A DNA stretch of 64,000 bases, taken from the NCBI GenBank assembly GCA_030152805.1, contig JASLIG010000020.1, positions 173-64,172 of the forward strand. Direction: 5' to 3'. The position numbers and the translations under genes are program-made. Within the stretch, counting starts at the first letter, position 1. Each line of letters starts with the position of its first letter. This document shows positions 1 through 8,969 of this stretch, one piece after another. A model generated the notes under the pieces. The model was not told the DNA's origin. It saw only the letters and a list, made by a program, of their open reading frames with translations, and made no database searches. This DNA comes from Solirubrobacterales bacterium. GTDB lineage: Bacteria; Actinomycetota; Thermoleophilia; Solirubrobacterales; 70-9.

Positions 1-323
1 AGGGCGTGCGAGGAGCTCGAGGGCAGGCCGAAATACCAGGTGATCAGGTTCCAGGAGATCGCCCCGATCAGCCCGGCGAAGACGATCGTCGGAGTGATCA
101 CCGCCGCATCGACGACGTCGTTGGCGACCGTCGCGGCGACCGTGATCGAGATGAAGGGGCCGATGAAGTTGAGCAGCGATGCGAAGGCGATCGCTACCTG
201 CGGCCTCGCCGCCCCGGTCGAGATCGAGGTGGCGACGACGTTGGCGGTGTCGTGGAACCCGTTGGTGAAGTCGAAGGCGAGGGCCGTGCCGACGACGATG
301 ACGAGGATGACGTCGGAGCTCAC
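1..323 (-). CDS. pit: PiT-family inorganic phosphate transporter, N-terminal part (gene runs off the window start)
   Basis: Reverse translation from GTG at 323-321 gives VSSDVILVIVVGTALAFDFTNGFHDTANVVATSISTGA... The GFHDTAN motif is typical of PiT/PHO4 permeases. The gene lies 1 nt downstream of a DUF47 gene, which is the usual pairing. Confidence 0.85.
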   Translation of the reverse strand, partial: MSSDVILVIVVGTALAFDFTNGFHDTANVVATSISTGAARPQVAIAFASLLNFIGPFISITVAATVANDVVDAAVITPTIVFAGLIGAISWNLITWYFGLPSSSSHA

Positions 324-324
324 G

Positions 325-945
325 TCAGCTGTTCTTGATGACGATGCCCTCGATGATCTGGGCGGCCGTCTCCGTGGCGTCGATCGCCTCCTCGAGGACG
401 GCGAACATGTCCTTCCAGCGGATCACGACCATCGGGTCGATGCCGTTGGAGAAGAGCGAGGCGACGGCGTCGCGGGAGATCCGGTCGCCCTCGTTCTCCA
501 GCCGGTGGATTTCGATCCAGTACCTCTCGAGGTCCTTGAAGTCGCGCAGGTGCACGAGCCCCTCGGCGAGCTGCTCGCAAGCGGCGACCAGCACTTTGGT
601 CAGTTCCTGGGCCTGGGACATCGGCGCCTCGATCTTGTAGAGGCCGAGGAAATCGGCGGCCTCCTCGGTGTAGTCGACGATGTCGTCCATCTGAGTGGCG
701 AGCCCGTAGATGTCCTCGCGGTCGATCGGGGTGACGAAGGTCGAGTTGAGCCGCTGGATGATGTTGTGGGTGATCTGATCGCCCCGGTGCTCGGCGTCGA
801 GGATCTCCTTGGAGAGGCTGCCGGCATCGGGCCAGGTGGACATCATCCGGTCGAGCAGGCGCGACGCCTCCACGGTGTTCTTGCCGGCCTCGATGAAGAG
901 ATCGAAGAAGGTCCGATCGCGGGGCAGGAGAGAGAGGCGCGCCAC
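325..945 (-). CDS. DUF47 / PhoU-like accessory protein of Pit transporters
   Basis: 206-aa helical ORF (…DREDIYGLATQMDDIVD…RWKDMFAVLEEAIDATE…) resembling the YkaA/TM1646 DUF47 family. GTG start with AGGATGA upstream. Confidence 0.85.
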   Translation of the reverse strand: MARLSLLPRDRTFFDLFIEAGKNTVEASRLLDRMMSTWPDAGSLSKEILDAEHRGDQITHNIIQRLNSTFVTPIDREDIYGLATQMDDIVDYTEEAADFLGLYKIEAPMSQAQELTKVLVAACEQLAEGLVHLRDFKDLERYWIEIHRLENEGDRISRDAVASLFSNGIDPMVVIRWKDMFAVLEEAIDATETAAQIIEGIVIKNS

Positions 946-981
946 CGGTTCATCCTATTGATGGCGCGGGCGCCACGGGAC

Positions 982-3093
982 TCAGCTGGCGACGGCTGCG
1001 AGCTGTTCGGCGACGCGCGTGGCGTGGCGCTCGCGCAGCTCCTCCTGGACGCTGCGCCGACGGCCGTTGGCGGGGTTCAGGCGGGTCCAAGCGCCCTCGG
1101 CATCGAGCTCCCAGGCGTTGGCGTTGTCGGCGAAGCAGCGCTCCATCACGTCGAGCAGTTCCGCGCGCAGGCCGGGGTCTTCGACCGGGGCGACCAGCTC
1201 GACGCGGCTGTCGAGGTTGCGCGGCATCAGATCGGCGGAACCCATCAGTACACGCGCCTCCTCGCCCCGTTCGAAGGCGTAGATGCGCGAGTGCTCGAGG
1301 AAGCGGCCGACGATAGAGACGACGCGGACGTTCTCCGAGACCCCCGGGACGCCGGGTCGCAGGCAGCAGATCCCGCGCACGTTGAGATCGACGCGCACCC
1401 CGGCGCTCGAGGCCTCATAGAGCGCCCGGATGCAGGAAGCGTCGACGAGCGAGTTCATCTTCAGCGCGATCCGCGCCTTCTCGCCCGCTTCGTGCGCCGC
1501 GACGGTCGAGGAGATCTCCTCGAGGATGCGATCGCGCATCGTCGTCGGCGAGACCAGCACCTTGCGGTACTCGGCCGGGCGGCCGTATCCGGTGAGGAAG
1601 TTGAACATCTCGGCGACGTCGGCGCCGATCTCCTCGTCGGCGGTGAAGAGCCCGAAGTCGGTGTAGAGGCGCGCGGTCTTGGGGTGGTAGTTGCCGGTGC
1701 CAATGTGGACGTACTCGCGCACCCTGTCGCCCTCGCGGCGGGCGACGACGATGGCCTTGACGTGGGTCTTCAGGCCGGGGATCCCGTAGACGACGTGGAC
1801 TCCGGACTCCTCCAGCGACTTTGCCCAGTGGATGTTGGCCTCCTCGTCGAAGCGGGCCTTCAGCTCGACCATGCAGACCGCCTGCTTGCCGCGTTCGGAG
1901 GCACGGATCAGCGAGGGGACCAGGGGCGAGTCGTCACTCGTCCGGTACACGGTCTGCTTGATCGCGAGGACGTCGGGGTCGGCGACCGCCTGCTCGACGA
2001 AGCGCTCGACCGAGCTGGCGAAGGAGTCGTAGGGATGGTGGACGAGCAGGTCCTCCTGGCGGATCGCCGCAAACATGTCGCAGGGCTCGTCGTCCTCGCC
2101 GAGCAGGCGCGGCTGGGTGACCGGGGTCCAGGGCGCATAGCGCAACTCGGCGTGACCGGGGACGTCGGCGACCGCGGTCAGGTCGGCGAGGTCGATCAGG
2201 CCGTCGACGTCGTAGACCTCGCGGTCCTCGAGCCGCAGCGCGTCGATTAGCTGCTGGCGCAGCTTCGGATTCATCCCGGCGGCGATCTCCAAGCGCACGA
2301 CCTCGCCGAAGCGGCGGCGGCGAATCTCGTCCTGGACCGCCTGCAGCAGGTCGTCGGCCTCGTCGGAGACGGTGAAGTCGGCGTCGCGGGTGACGCGGAA
2401 ATAGCCGTGGTCGACGACCTCGGTGCCGGGGAAGAGCGAGTCGAGGTTGGCGGCGATCACCTCCTCCAGCGGCACGAAGGCCTTGCCCCCGTCGCCCACC
2501 GGCAGGAAGCGGCCGAGCAGCTCCTTCGGGACCTTGACGCGGGCGATGATCTCGCTGTCGCTCTCAGGGTCGCGCAGCAGCACCCCGAGGCTGAGCGAGA
2601 GGTTGGAGATGTAGGGGAAGGGCCGGCCGAGCCCGATCACCAGCGGCGTCAGCGCCGGGAAGACCTGCTCGTGAAAGCGGATGTCGATCTCGTGCCGCTC
2701 CTCCTCGCTGGCCGAGTCGAGCGAGACGATGCGGATGCCTTGCTGCTCGAGCGCAGGGCGCAGCTTGCCTTCGAAGCAGGCGTGCAGGCGTTTGTCGAGC
2801 TCCAGCACGCGGGCCTGGATCGCGTCGATCTGCTCGCCCGGGCGCAGCCCGTCGGGACCGCGCGCGTCGATGCCGGCGTCGAGCTGGTCGAAGAGGCCAG
2901 CCACGCGGACCATGTAGAACTCGTCGAGGTTGGAGGCGTAGATCGCGCAGAAGCGAATCTGCTCGAGCAGCGGGACGTCCGGGTCCTCAGCTAGTTCAAG
3001 GACCCGCTGATTGAAGTCGAGCCAGGAGAGCTCGCGGTTGAAGTAGAGGGCGGGATCGTCGATCGGCCAATCGTACCCCCGCGCCATCGGCAC
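982..3093 (-). CDS. ppk1: polyphosphate kinase 1
   Basis: 703 aa. The N-terminus YFNRELSWLDFNQRVLELAED…IFASNLDEFYMVRV-type sequence and the two PLD-like C-terminal domains are typical of PPK1. The start is GTG 3093 or ATG 3087. Confidence 0.95.
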   Translation of the reverse strand: MPMARGYDWPIDDPALYFNRELSWLDFNQRVLELAEDPDVPLLEQIRFCAIYASNLDEFYMVRVAGLFDQLDAGIDARGPDGLRPGEQIDAIQARVLELDKRLHACFEGKLRPALEQQGIRIVSLDSASEEERHEIDIRFHEQVFPALTPLVIGLGRPFPYISNLSLSLGVLLRDPESDSEIIARVKVPKELLGRFLPVGDGGKAFVPLEEVIAANLDSLFPGTEVVDHGYFRVTRDADFTVSDEADDLLQAVQDEIRRRRFGEVVRLEIAAGMNPKLRQQLIDALRLEDREVYDVDGLIDLADLTAVADVPGHAELRYAPWTPVTQPRLLGEDDEPCDMFAAIRQEDLLVHHPYDSFASSVERFVEQAVADPDVLAIKQTVYRTSDDSPLVPSLIRASERGKQAVCMVELKARFDEEANIHWAKSLEESGVHVVYGIPGLKTHVKAIVVARREGDRVREYVHIGTGNYHPKTARLYTDFGLFTADEEIGADVAEMFNFLTGYGRPAEYRKVLVSPTTMRDRILEEISSTVAAHEAGEKARIALKMNSLVDASCIRALYEASSAGVRVDLNVRGICCLRPGVPGVSENVRVVSIVGRFLEHSRIYAFERGEEARVLMGSADLMPRNLDSRVELVAPVEDPGLRAELLDVMERCFADNANAWELDAEGAWTRLNPANGRRRSVQEELRERHATRVAEQLAAVAS

Positions 3094-3102
3094 CCCGGTG
3101 CC

Positions 3103-5370
3103 TCAGGCGGCTCGGGCCGGCGCTTGCCCGGCGGCGGCGCTACGGCCCAGGGCGCAGCGGTAGCCCTCGGCCAGCTGGCCCATCGCCCGCTCCCAGGAGC
3201 GCTCGCGGGCGGCGCGGGCGGCGGCGGCCCCGAGGTGTCCGCGCAGGAGCGGTGAGGACGCCAGTTGCAGGACGGTGCCGGCGATGTGATCCGGGTCGGC
3301 TTGGCAAAGCATGCCGGTGTGGCGGTTCTCGACCAGCGAGGCGGGGCCTCCCTCGGCGATCGCGACCACCGGCAGCCCGCTGGCGCCGGCCTCGAGCACA
3401 ACCTGGCCATAGGTGTCGGTGGTCGAGCAGAAGAGGAAGATGTCCGCGCTGGCATAGGCGCGCGCCAGCGCCTCCCCCTCCAACCAGCCGAGGAAGGTGG
3501 CGTGCTCGCCGAGGCGGTTGCGCAGCTCCGCCTCCTCCGGCCCTCCACCCGCGAGCAGGAGGTGAAGCCGCGGGTCAGCTTTGCGAGCTCGCAGAAAGCT
3601 CTCGGCGAGCAGGTCGAGGCCCTTCTCGCGGGTGAGCCGGCCCGCGTAGAGGATCTTGATCTCGCCGGGATAGTCCCCGCGCGCCGCCTTGCCGGGGTCG
3701 AAACGAGCGACGTCAACGCCACGCTCCCAGCGAGAAAGCCGCCCCGCCTCGATGCCGAGCACCAGCAGCGACCGATCCGCGGCCGGGCTGGGCGAGAGCA
3801 CCAGCGACGGTGCGCCGTAAAAAGCTCCCAGCGCGGCTTTCGCGAGCCCCTCGAGATGCGTATCGCCGCTGCGCAGGCCGGCGTAGGTGGCCAGCTCGGT
3901 GTGGTAGCTGGCGAGGAGCGGCGTGCCGGCGATCCGGTTGAGCAGCGTTGCGGCGACGCCGGCGGGCCCGGGCGCGGTGACGTGCACCGCGTCATAGCGA
4001 CCCTCGGCGAGCGTCTCCGCCAGACCTGGAAGGCCGGGCACCCCCATGCTCATGCCGGCGTAGAACGGAACCTCGAGCTCAGCCGCGGCCGGTAGGCGAC
4101 GGTCGACGCCGGCGTCGGTGCCGACCACCTCGATCTCGAAGCCGGGCACGCCCAGCTCGCGGATCTTCTCGATCGTCGCGGTGACGCCGTGGGTGGCGCC
4201 AATGCCATCTGCGATCAGGGCGATCCGCGGTCTCTCCCCCGCCCGACTCGCCAGCTTCGCCTTCTCGGCGCCGAGGAAGGTCGTCGCCGGCGCATAGGGC
4301 ACGGCCGGGATCAGCGCATCGAAGAGGCCGCCGATCGCGGCTCCCATGTTTCCTTCCCGCGCCGCCGCGGACCCCTGGGAGATCGCGCCGCGCAAGCGCC
4401 GCTCGTGGGTGCGACGGGCGCGCCGGTAGAGATCGGCGTGCGAGAAGTCCTCGGCCTGCAGGTAAGCGAGAAGATCCGCTCCGCGCGGGTCGAGCTCGAT
4501 CGAGCGCAGCCAGGCCTCGAGCAGAGCGCGGGCGTCGCCGGGACCGATGTCGGCGGCGACCTTGCCCTCGCGCGCGGCGCCCTCGCTGATCGTGCGCTGG
4601 GCGATCTTCAGTACCGCGGCGGGGTCGGGGGCGCCGTGCTCGCCCCCACCGTCGGGGGCCAGGGCGCGGGTCGCCAGCGCGATCGCCGCGTGGGCCCACT
4701 TGGCGGCGCTGCCCTGCTCGCCGCCGGCGACGGCGTCGCCGGCGCGCAGGCGGGCCAGAAACTCTTCCGGCGTGGCGGCCGCGGGCACCTCGGTGAAGGT
4801 GCGGCCGATGTCCACGCCGGCGTGATCGTCGGAGCCGCCGATGCCGGTTCCCCCGTGCGTTTCGACGTAGATCGCCGCCGGCATGTTTAGCTCGGCGGCA
4901 CGCGAGCCGTTGCGCACCTCCCAGATCGGAAAGAGCTCGGCCAGCCGTCGCCGGTGCCGGGCGGTCAACGGTGCGTCGACGTTGTAGAACGGGTGCGCAA
5001 GCGCGCAGGCGATCTCGTTCTCGGCAAGGTAGGCGGCGCAGGCCTCGAGGTCGCCGGCGTGTGCCTGCAGCCACTCGTGGTCCCCGGGAGTGATCCCGTA
5101 ACAGAGGACGTGAACCGCCTGCGGCTCGCCAGCGAAGCGGGCGGTCAGCTCCTCGGAGACGAAGCAATCGGGACGATCGGCGAGCTCGATGCAGCCGTCG
5201 ATCGTGTCGTGGTCGGTGATCGTGACGAAATCCATTCCCCGCCGCTTGGCCAGCTCGTAGACCTCCTCGGGCGGCGTCGCGCACTCGGGCAGCCCCAACG
5301 ATCTCTGCACCCCGAGCCGCGAGAGCTGCGAAGCGGTGGAATGGCAATGCATGTCAACTCGGGAAGCCAT
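3103..5370 (-). CDS. fusion protein with an N-terminal PHP phosphoesterase domain and a C-terminal GT4 (group 1) glycosyltransferase domain
   Basis: The N-terminus carries PHP metal-ligand motifs (MHCHSTAS, TITDHDT, AHPF, GGSDDH). The C-terminal ~370 aa has a GT-B/GT4 pattern (…LYAGRLTREKGLDLL…FLFCSTTDTYGQVVLEAGASGLPVVA…). Confidence 0.85.
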   Translation of the reverse strand: MASRVDMHCHSTASQLSRLGVQRSLGLPECATPPEEVYELAKRRGMDFVTITDHDTIDGCIELADRPDCFVSEELTARFAGEPQAVHVLCYGITPGDHEWLQAHAGDLEACAAYLAENEIACALAHPFYNVDAPLTARHRRRLAELFPIWEVRNGSRAAELNMPAAIYVETHGGTGIGGSDDHAGVDIGRTFTEVPAAATPEEFLARLRAGDAVAGGEQGSAAKWAHAAIALATRALAPDGGGEHGAPDPAAVLKIAQRTISEGAAREGKVAADIGPGDARALLEAWLRSIELDPRGADLLAYLQAEDFSHADLYRRARRTHERRLRGAISQGSAAAREGNMGAAIGGLFDALIPAVPYAPATTFLGAEKAKLASRAGERPRIALIADGIGATHGVTATIEKIRELGVPGFEIEVVGTDAGVDRRLPAAAELEVPFYAGMSMGVPGLPGLAETLAEGRYDAVHVTAPGPAGVAATLLNRIAGTPLLASYHTELATYAGLRSGDTHLEGLAKAALGAFYGAPSLVLSPSPAADRSLLVLGIEAGRLSRWERGVDVARFDPGKAARGDYPGEIKILYAGRLTREKGLDLLAESFLRARKADPRLHLLLAGGGPEEAELRNRLGEHATFLGWLEGEALARAYASADIFLFCSTTDTYGQVVLEAGASGLPVVAIAEGGPASLVENRHTGMLCQADPDHIAGTVLQLASSPLLRGHLGAAAARAARERSWERAMGQLAEGYRCALGRSAAAGQAPARAA

Positions 5371-5432
5371 CGGTGTCTCCCTGCTCTAGTCGTTTCTGCC
5401 ACCTCCAGAGTTCGCCATGTGCGGGGAAAACA

Positions 5433-5471
5433 TGTGAACGAGCGGGAAACGCAGGGTGAACTTCGTGTGAC
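5433..5471 (-). promoter_or_regulatory. PHO-box-like array of four 11-nt-phased direct repeats upstream of the PHP-GT/ppk1 operon
   Basis: The minus strand reads GTCACACgaa GTTCACCctgc GTTTCCCgctc GTTCACA. The units are spaced 10/11/11 nt and lie 63-101 nt upstream of the start at 5370. GTTCACC is the core of actinobacterial PhoP direct-repeat units. Confidence 0.55.
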
Positions 5472-5890
5472 TACAGACTTGTCTCGAGCGCAGCCCAGGT
5501 GCCCTTGCTCGTCTCGGCCTGCCAGAGCTCGACGAACTGGCGGAAGAGGCGCTCGCGACGCTCCCCGAGCAAGCTGGCGACGGAGTCAATCCCTTCGACC
5601 TCGGTCCGCATCAGGTCGCAGTCGTGCAGGTCACCGAGCGTGGACTGCAGTTGCTTCGCCGCTCGTCGAGCAGCGTTCGCCTCCTCGCCCAGGCACTGGC
5701 TGAAGATCTCGAGCACGTAGCGCAGGCGCTTGGCGGCGATTCGCATGTCGTGCTGCGCCTCGCTGGCGTCCTCGGCGAGGGCAACGTCGGCGAAGTCGCG
5801 CAACTCATCCAGCCGCACGGAAACGATCCGCGAGACGTTGGGTCGCAAGGGACCGGCTGGGTCGAGGCCCTCTACCGCGCGCGCCTTCAC
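5471..5890 (-). CDS. CHAD-domain protein, second half-domain
   Basis: 139 aa with HDMRIAAKRLRYVLEIF, the conserved CHAD helix motif. The GTG start overlaps the upstream stop (GTGA at 5887-5890). Confidence 0.7.
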   Translation of the reverse strand: MKARAVEGLDPAGPLRPNVSRIVSVRLDELRDFADVALAEDASEAQHDMRIAAKRLRYVLEIFSQCLGEEANAARRAAKQLQSTLGDLHDCDLMRTEVEGIDSVASLLGERRERLFRQFVELWQAETSKGTWAALETSL

Positions 5891-6360
5891 GGCCCAGCCG
5901 CCTTGGCGAGCTTCTCGAGGCGATGGCGCAGCTTCTTCAGGCGCTTGGGGGAGACGTGGGGCACGAGCTCCTCGTTGGCCTCCCGTTGACGAACGCGGCG
6001 CCCCTCGATCAGCGTACGGAGCACTGCGCGGTCTGCCTCCGCCGCCTCGCCGGTGAGGTCTTCGAGCAGCTCGATTTCGACATCGGCGTCACGCCGTGCG
6101 CCGAGCGCGTCGGCCAGCACCTTGACCTTTTTCAGGGCCTTGCGGTGGCGCTTGCGCGGGAAGCACGGCTCGAAGATCTCCAGCGCCGCCCGCAGCCGTC
6201 GCGTTGCCACCCGCATGTCGTGAACGCGCTCGACTTCCCCGAGGTCGAGGACCCCACGGGAATGGGCGAAAACCTCCCTGGAGCGGGCCTTGACCACCTG
6301 GGCGGCCGCCCGTGAAAACGAAGCCCCGCAGTCGAGCTCGACCTTGCGCGCAACTGCCAC
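5887..6360 (-). CDS. CHAD-domain protein, first half-domain
   Basis: 157 aa with HDMRVATRRLRAALEIF, the same CHAD motif as the downstream ORF. Confidence 0.7.
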   Translation of the reverse strand: MAVARKVELDCGASFSRAAAQVVKARSREVFAHSRGVLDLGEVERVHDMRVATRRLRAALEIFEPCFPRKRHRKALKKVKVLADALGARRDADVEIELLEDLTGEAAEADRAVLRTLIEGRRVRQREANEELVPHVSPKRLKKLRHRLEKLAKAAGP

Positions 6361-6408
6361 GACACGAGGCTAAAGGAAGCGAGACCCGAAGCCGCACCGC
6401 ATAAACGG

Positions 6409-7356
6409 CTAGGCGACAAGACGAAGCGAAGAGCCGTTGGTCCTGCCGTTGAGCAGATCGAGGATCACGCCCTCGCGCAGTCCGCCCTTGCCGATCTGCA
6501 GCGGCTGACCGAGCAGCTCGGAGACCTTCTCCAGCAGCAGCACTCCGGTGGTGAGGATGCGGACCCGTTCGGGATCGAGCTCGAAGCGCCGTGCAACCTC
6601 GGCGGCGGGATCGCCACAGAGCACGCGGATGCCGCGCTCCAGGGTCTCGTACTCGAGCACGGCGCCGACCAGGCGGCGCAGCGAGGTGGCGCTGCCGCCG
6701 ACCGCGACTGCCTGAGCGGGATGCTCGATCTCGACCCCGGCGAAGATGTCGTCGACGCGGTCGCGGACCTTGCGGATCTCGGCCGCCGACGGGGGATCGG
6801 AGGAGATCAGCTCGTCGGCGAGCACGCCGGAGCCGACGCGCCAGGAGCGCACCTCGCTGGCGCCGCCGGGCACGGTGCCGAGGATCACCTCGGTCGAGCC
6901 GCCGCCGACGTCGACGACGCCGACCCTGCCCTCTACCGGGTGCCCGAGGGTCTTGGTGGCGCCGATGAAGGAGAGCCTTCCCTCCTCCTCGTCACTCAGA
7001 ACCTCGACCGAGACGCCCGCCGCATTGCCGACCGCCGCCGCAACCTCCTCACCGTTCGAGGCCTCGCGCACGGCCGCGGTGGCCACGGCGCGAATCTCCT
7101 TCGCCCCCAGCTCTTTGGCCAGCCGCACCTGCGTCGCGACGACGTCGCAGACCTCGTCGACCTTCTCGGCCAAGATCATGCCGTCGCCGTCGAGCGCCTT
7201 GTTGATCCGCGTGTACGCCCGCTGCTCCATCACCTTCTTCAGCTGCCCGGCAACGGGCTCGGCGACGAGCACGCGCGTCGTGTTGGATCCGATATCTATG
7301 GCTGCGCAGAGAGTCACGGCCTTCTCCCGGATGTTCCCAGACGACTCGGATCTCAA
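6409..7356 (-). CDS. ppx: Ppx/GppA-family exopolyphosphatase
   Basis: AAIDIGSNTTRVLVAE and DVGGGSTE are the ASKHA phosphate-binding motifs of Ppx/GppA. 315 aa. Confidence 0.9.
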   Translation of the reverse strand: MRSESSGNIREKAVTLCAAIDIGSNTTRVLVAEPVAGQLKKVMEQRAYTRINKALDGDGMILAEKVDEVCDVVATQVRLAKELGAKEIRAVATAAVREASNGEEVAAAVGNAAGVSVEVLSDEEEGRLSFIGATKTLGHPVEGRVGVVDVGGGSTEVILGTVPGGASEVRSWRVGSGVLADELISSDPPSAAEIRKVRDRVDDIFAGVEIEHPAQAVAVGGSATSLRRLVGAVLEYETLERGIRVLCGDPAAEVARRFELDPERVRILTTGVLLLEKVSELLGQPLQIGKGGLREGVILDLLNGRTNGSSLRLVA

Positions 7357-7362
7357 CCGAGG

Positions 7363-8049
7363 CTAACCCGCAGGATGCGAGGCATCCTCGAACTCCTGGA
7401 ACAAGCCCGTGACGACGAAGGCGACCTGCTCGCCGATGTCGACCGCGTTGTCGCCGATCCGCTCGATCGCCCGTGCTGCCAGCAGCATCGTCATCGCCCA
7501 CTCGCGCTTGTCGGCGTCATCGCCGATCTCCAGCGCCATCCGGAAGCACTCGCGGTTGAGGTTGTCGACGGCGTCGTCCTGGCGCACCAGGTCATGCGCC
7601 AGTTCGACATCGCGGCCTGCGAAGGACCGCTGGGCCTGGCTAATCAGCGTCCGGGTCTGACCGCCCATCGTCAGGATCAGCCTCACCATCTCCTGGTCCG
7701 AGGGCGGCTCGTTGCCGGTCAGCGGGATCATCTTGCAGATGTTCACGCACTGATCCCCCATCCGCTCGACGTTCTTCAGCACGTGCAGCAGGGCCGAGAT
7801 CAAGCGCAGGTCGGTCGCGACCGGCGACTGCGTGGCGAGCAGCGTGATCAGCGCCTGATGCACCTCCAGGTAGCGCCCGTCGATGCGGTCGTCGTCGGCG
7901 ACGACGATCTGGGCCAGCTCGACGTCCTGGTGCTCGATGGCCTCCAGGGTGCGGCTCAGCGCAGCGCTGACCAGGTCGAGCCCGCCCAGGGCGCTGGCCT
8001 CGAGCCGTTCCAGTTCCTCCTGGTATTCGACCCTGACCCCGCTCGGCAT
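7363..8049 (-). CDS. phoU: phosphate signalling complex protein PhoU
   Basis: 228 aa with two PhoU repeats (ERMGDQCVNI / ERIGDNAVDI), directly downstream of pstB. Confidence 0.9.
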   Translation of the reverse strand: MPSGVRVEYQEELERLEASALGGLDLVSAALSRTLEAIEHQDVELAQIVVADDDRIDGRYLEVHQALITLLATQSPVATDLRLISALLHVLKNVERMGDQCVNICKMIPLTGNEPPSDQEMVRLILTMGGQTRTLISQAQRSFAGRDVELAHDLVRQDDAVDNLNRECFRMALEIGDDADKREWAMTMLLAARAIERIGDNAVDIGEQVAFVVTGLFQEFEDASHPAG

Positions 8050-8051
8050 CT

Positions 8052-8945
8052 CTAGCCGAACCGTCCGCTGACGTAGTCCTCGGTGGCCTGCTGGGAGGGG
8101 CTGGTGAAGATCTTCTCGGTCGCGCCGATCTCGATCAGACGACCGGGCTTGCCGGTCTCCTCGAGGTTGAAGAAGGCGGTGATGTCGCTAGCCCGTGAAG
8201 CTTGCTGCATATTGTGGGTGACGATCGCGATCGTGTATTTGCTCTTCAGCTCGCCGATCAGGTCCTCGATCGCCAGCGTGGCGACTGGATCAAGCGCCGA
8301 GCAGGGCTCGTCCATCAGCAGCACCTCGGGCTCGACCGCGATCGCGCGGGCGATGCAGAGTCGCTGCTGCTGTCCGCCGGAGAGTCCGGAGCCCGGCTTG
8401 TCGAGCCGATCCTTGACCTCGTTCCAGAGGTGCGCCCCCCGCAGCGAGCGCTCGACGACTTCATCCTTCTCTGACTTCTTCACCCGGCCGGCGTTGAGGT
8501 TGAGCCCGGCGGCGACGTTGTCGTAGACCGACATCGTCGGAAAGGGATTGGGCTGCTGGAAGACCATGCCGACGAGGCGGCGAACCCGGACGGGATCGAC
8601 CGCCGAGCCGTAGACGTCCTGCCCGTCGAGGGTGATCTCTCCCTCGACCCGGGCGCCCACGGTGAGCTCATGCATGCGATTGAGCGAGCGCAGGAAGGTC
8701 GTCTTGCCGCATCCCGAGGAGCCGATCAGCGCCGTCACCTTGTTCGGCTCGACCGTCATCGTCACGTCTTGCACGGCGTGGAAATCGCCGTAGTAGAGGC
8801 TCACCTCCTTGGCCTCGAGCGTCTTGGCGGGCCGGCCCTGCACAGCGGCGACCGACTCGGGGGTGGTCTGCGTTCCTGTGATCGGGGGCTTCATCTCAGC
8901 TTTGCCGACCTCGGTGTCGGATCGGGTTGCGCCCGCTGCTCCCAT
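8052..8945 (-). CDS. pstB: phosphate ABC transporter ATP-binding protein
   Basis: Walker [10 protein letters not shown], signature LSGGQQQR, Walker B LLMDEP. I place the start at ATG 8945, about 10 nt after GGAAGGAGAG. The maximal ORF extends to GTG 8969. Confidence 0.9.
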   Translation of the reverse strand: MGAAGATRSDTEVGKAEMKPPITGTQTTPESVAAVQGRPAKTLEAKEVSLYYGDFHAVQDVTMTVEPNKVTALIGSSGCGKTTFLRSLNRMHELTVGARVEGEITLDGQDVYGSAVDPVRVRRLVGMVFQQPNPFPTMSVYDNVAAGLNLNAGRVKKSEKDEVVERSLRGAHLWNEVKDRLDKPGSGLSGGQQQRLCIARAIAVEPEVLLMDEPCSALDPVATLAIEDLIGELKSKYTIAIVTHNMQQASRASDITAFFNLEETGKPGRLIEIGATEKIFTSPSQQATEDYVSGRFG

Positions 8946-8969
8946 CGGTCGTGCTCTCCTTCCATCCAC

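Noticed and set aside
40-2250. A 736-aa plus-strand ORF opposite DUF47/ppk1. Similar very long antisense ORFs occur at 6721-8055, 8670-10562, 42309-44381, 54175-57687 and 59119-61602.
   Set aside because: Their translations are Arg/Gly/Asp/Ala/Val-rich with no family motifs. Each lies antisense to a gene with clear homology-type motifs. Stop-free antisense frames are expected at about 70% GC.
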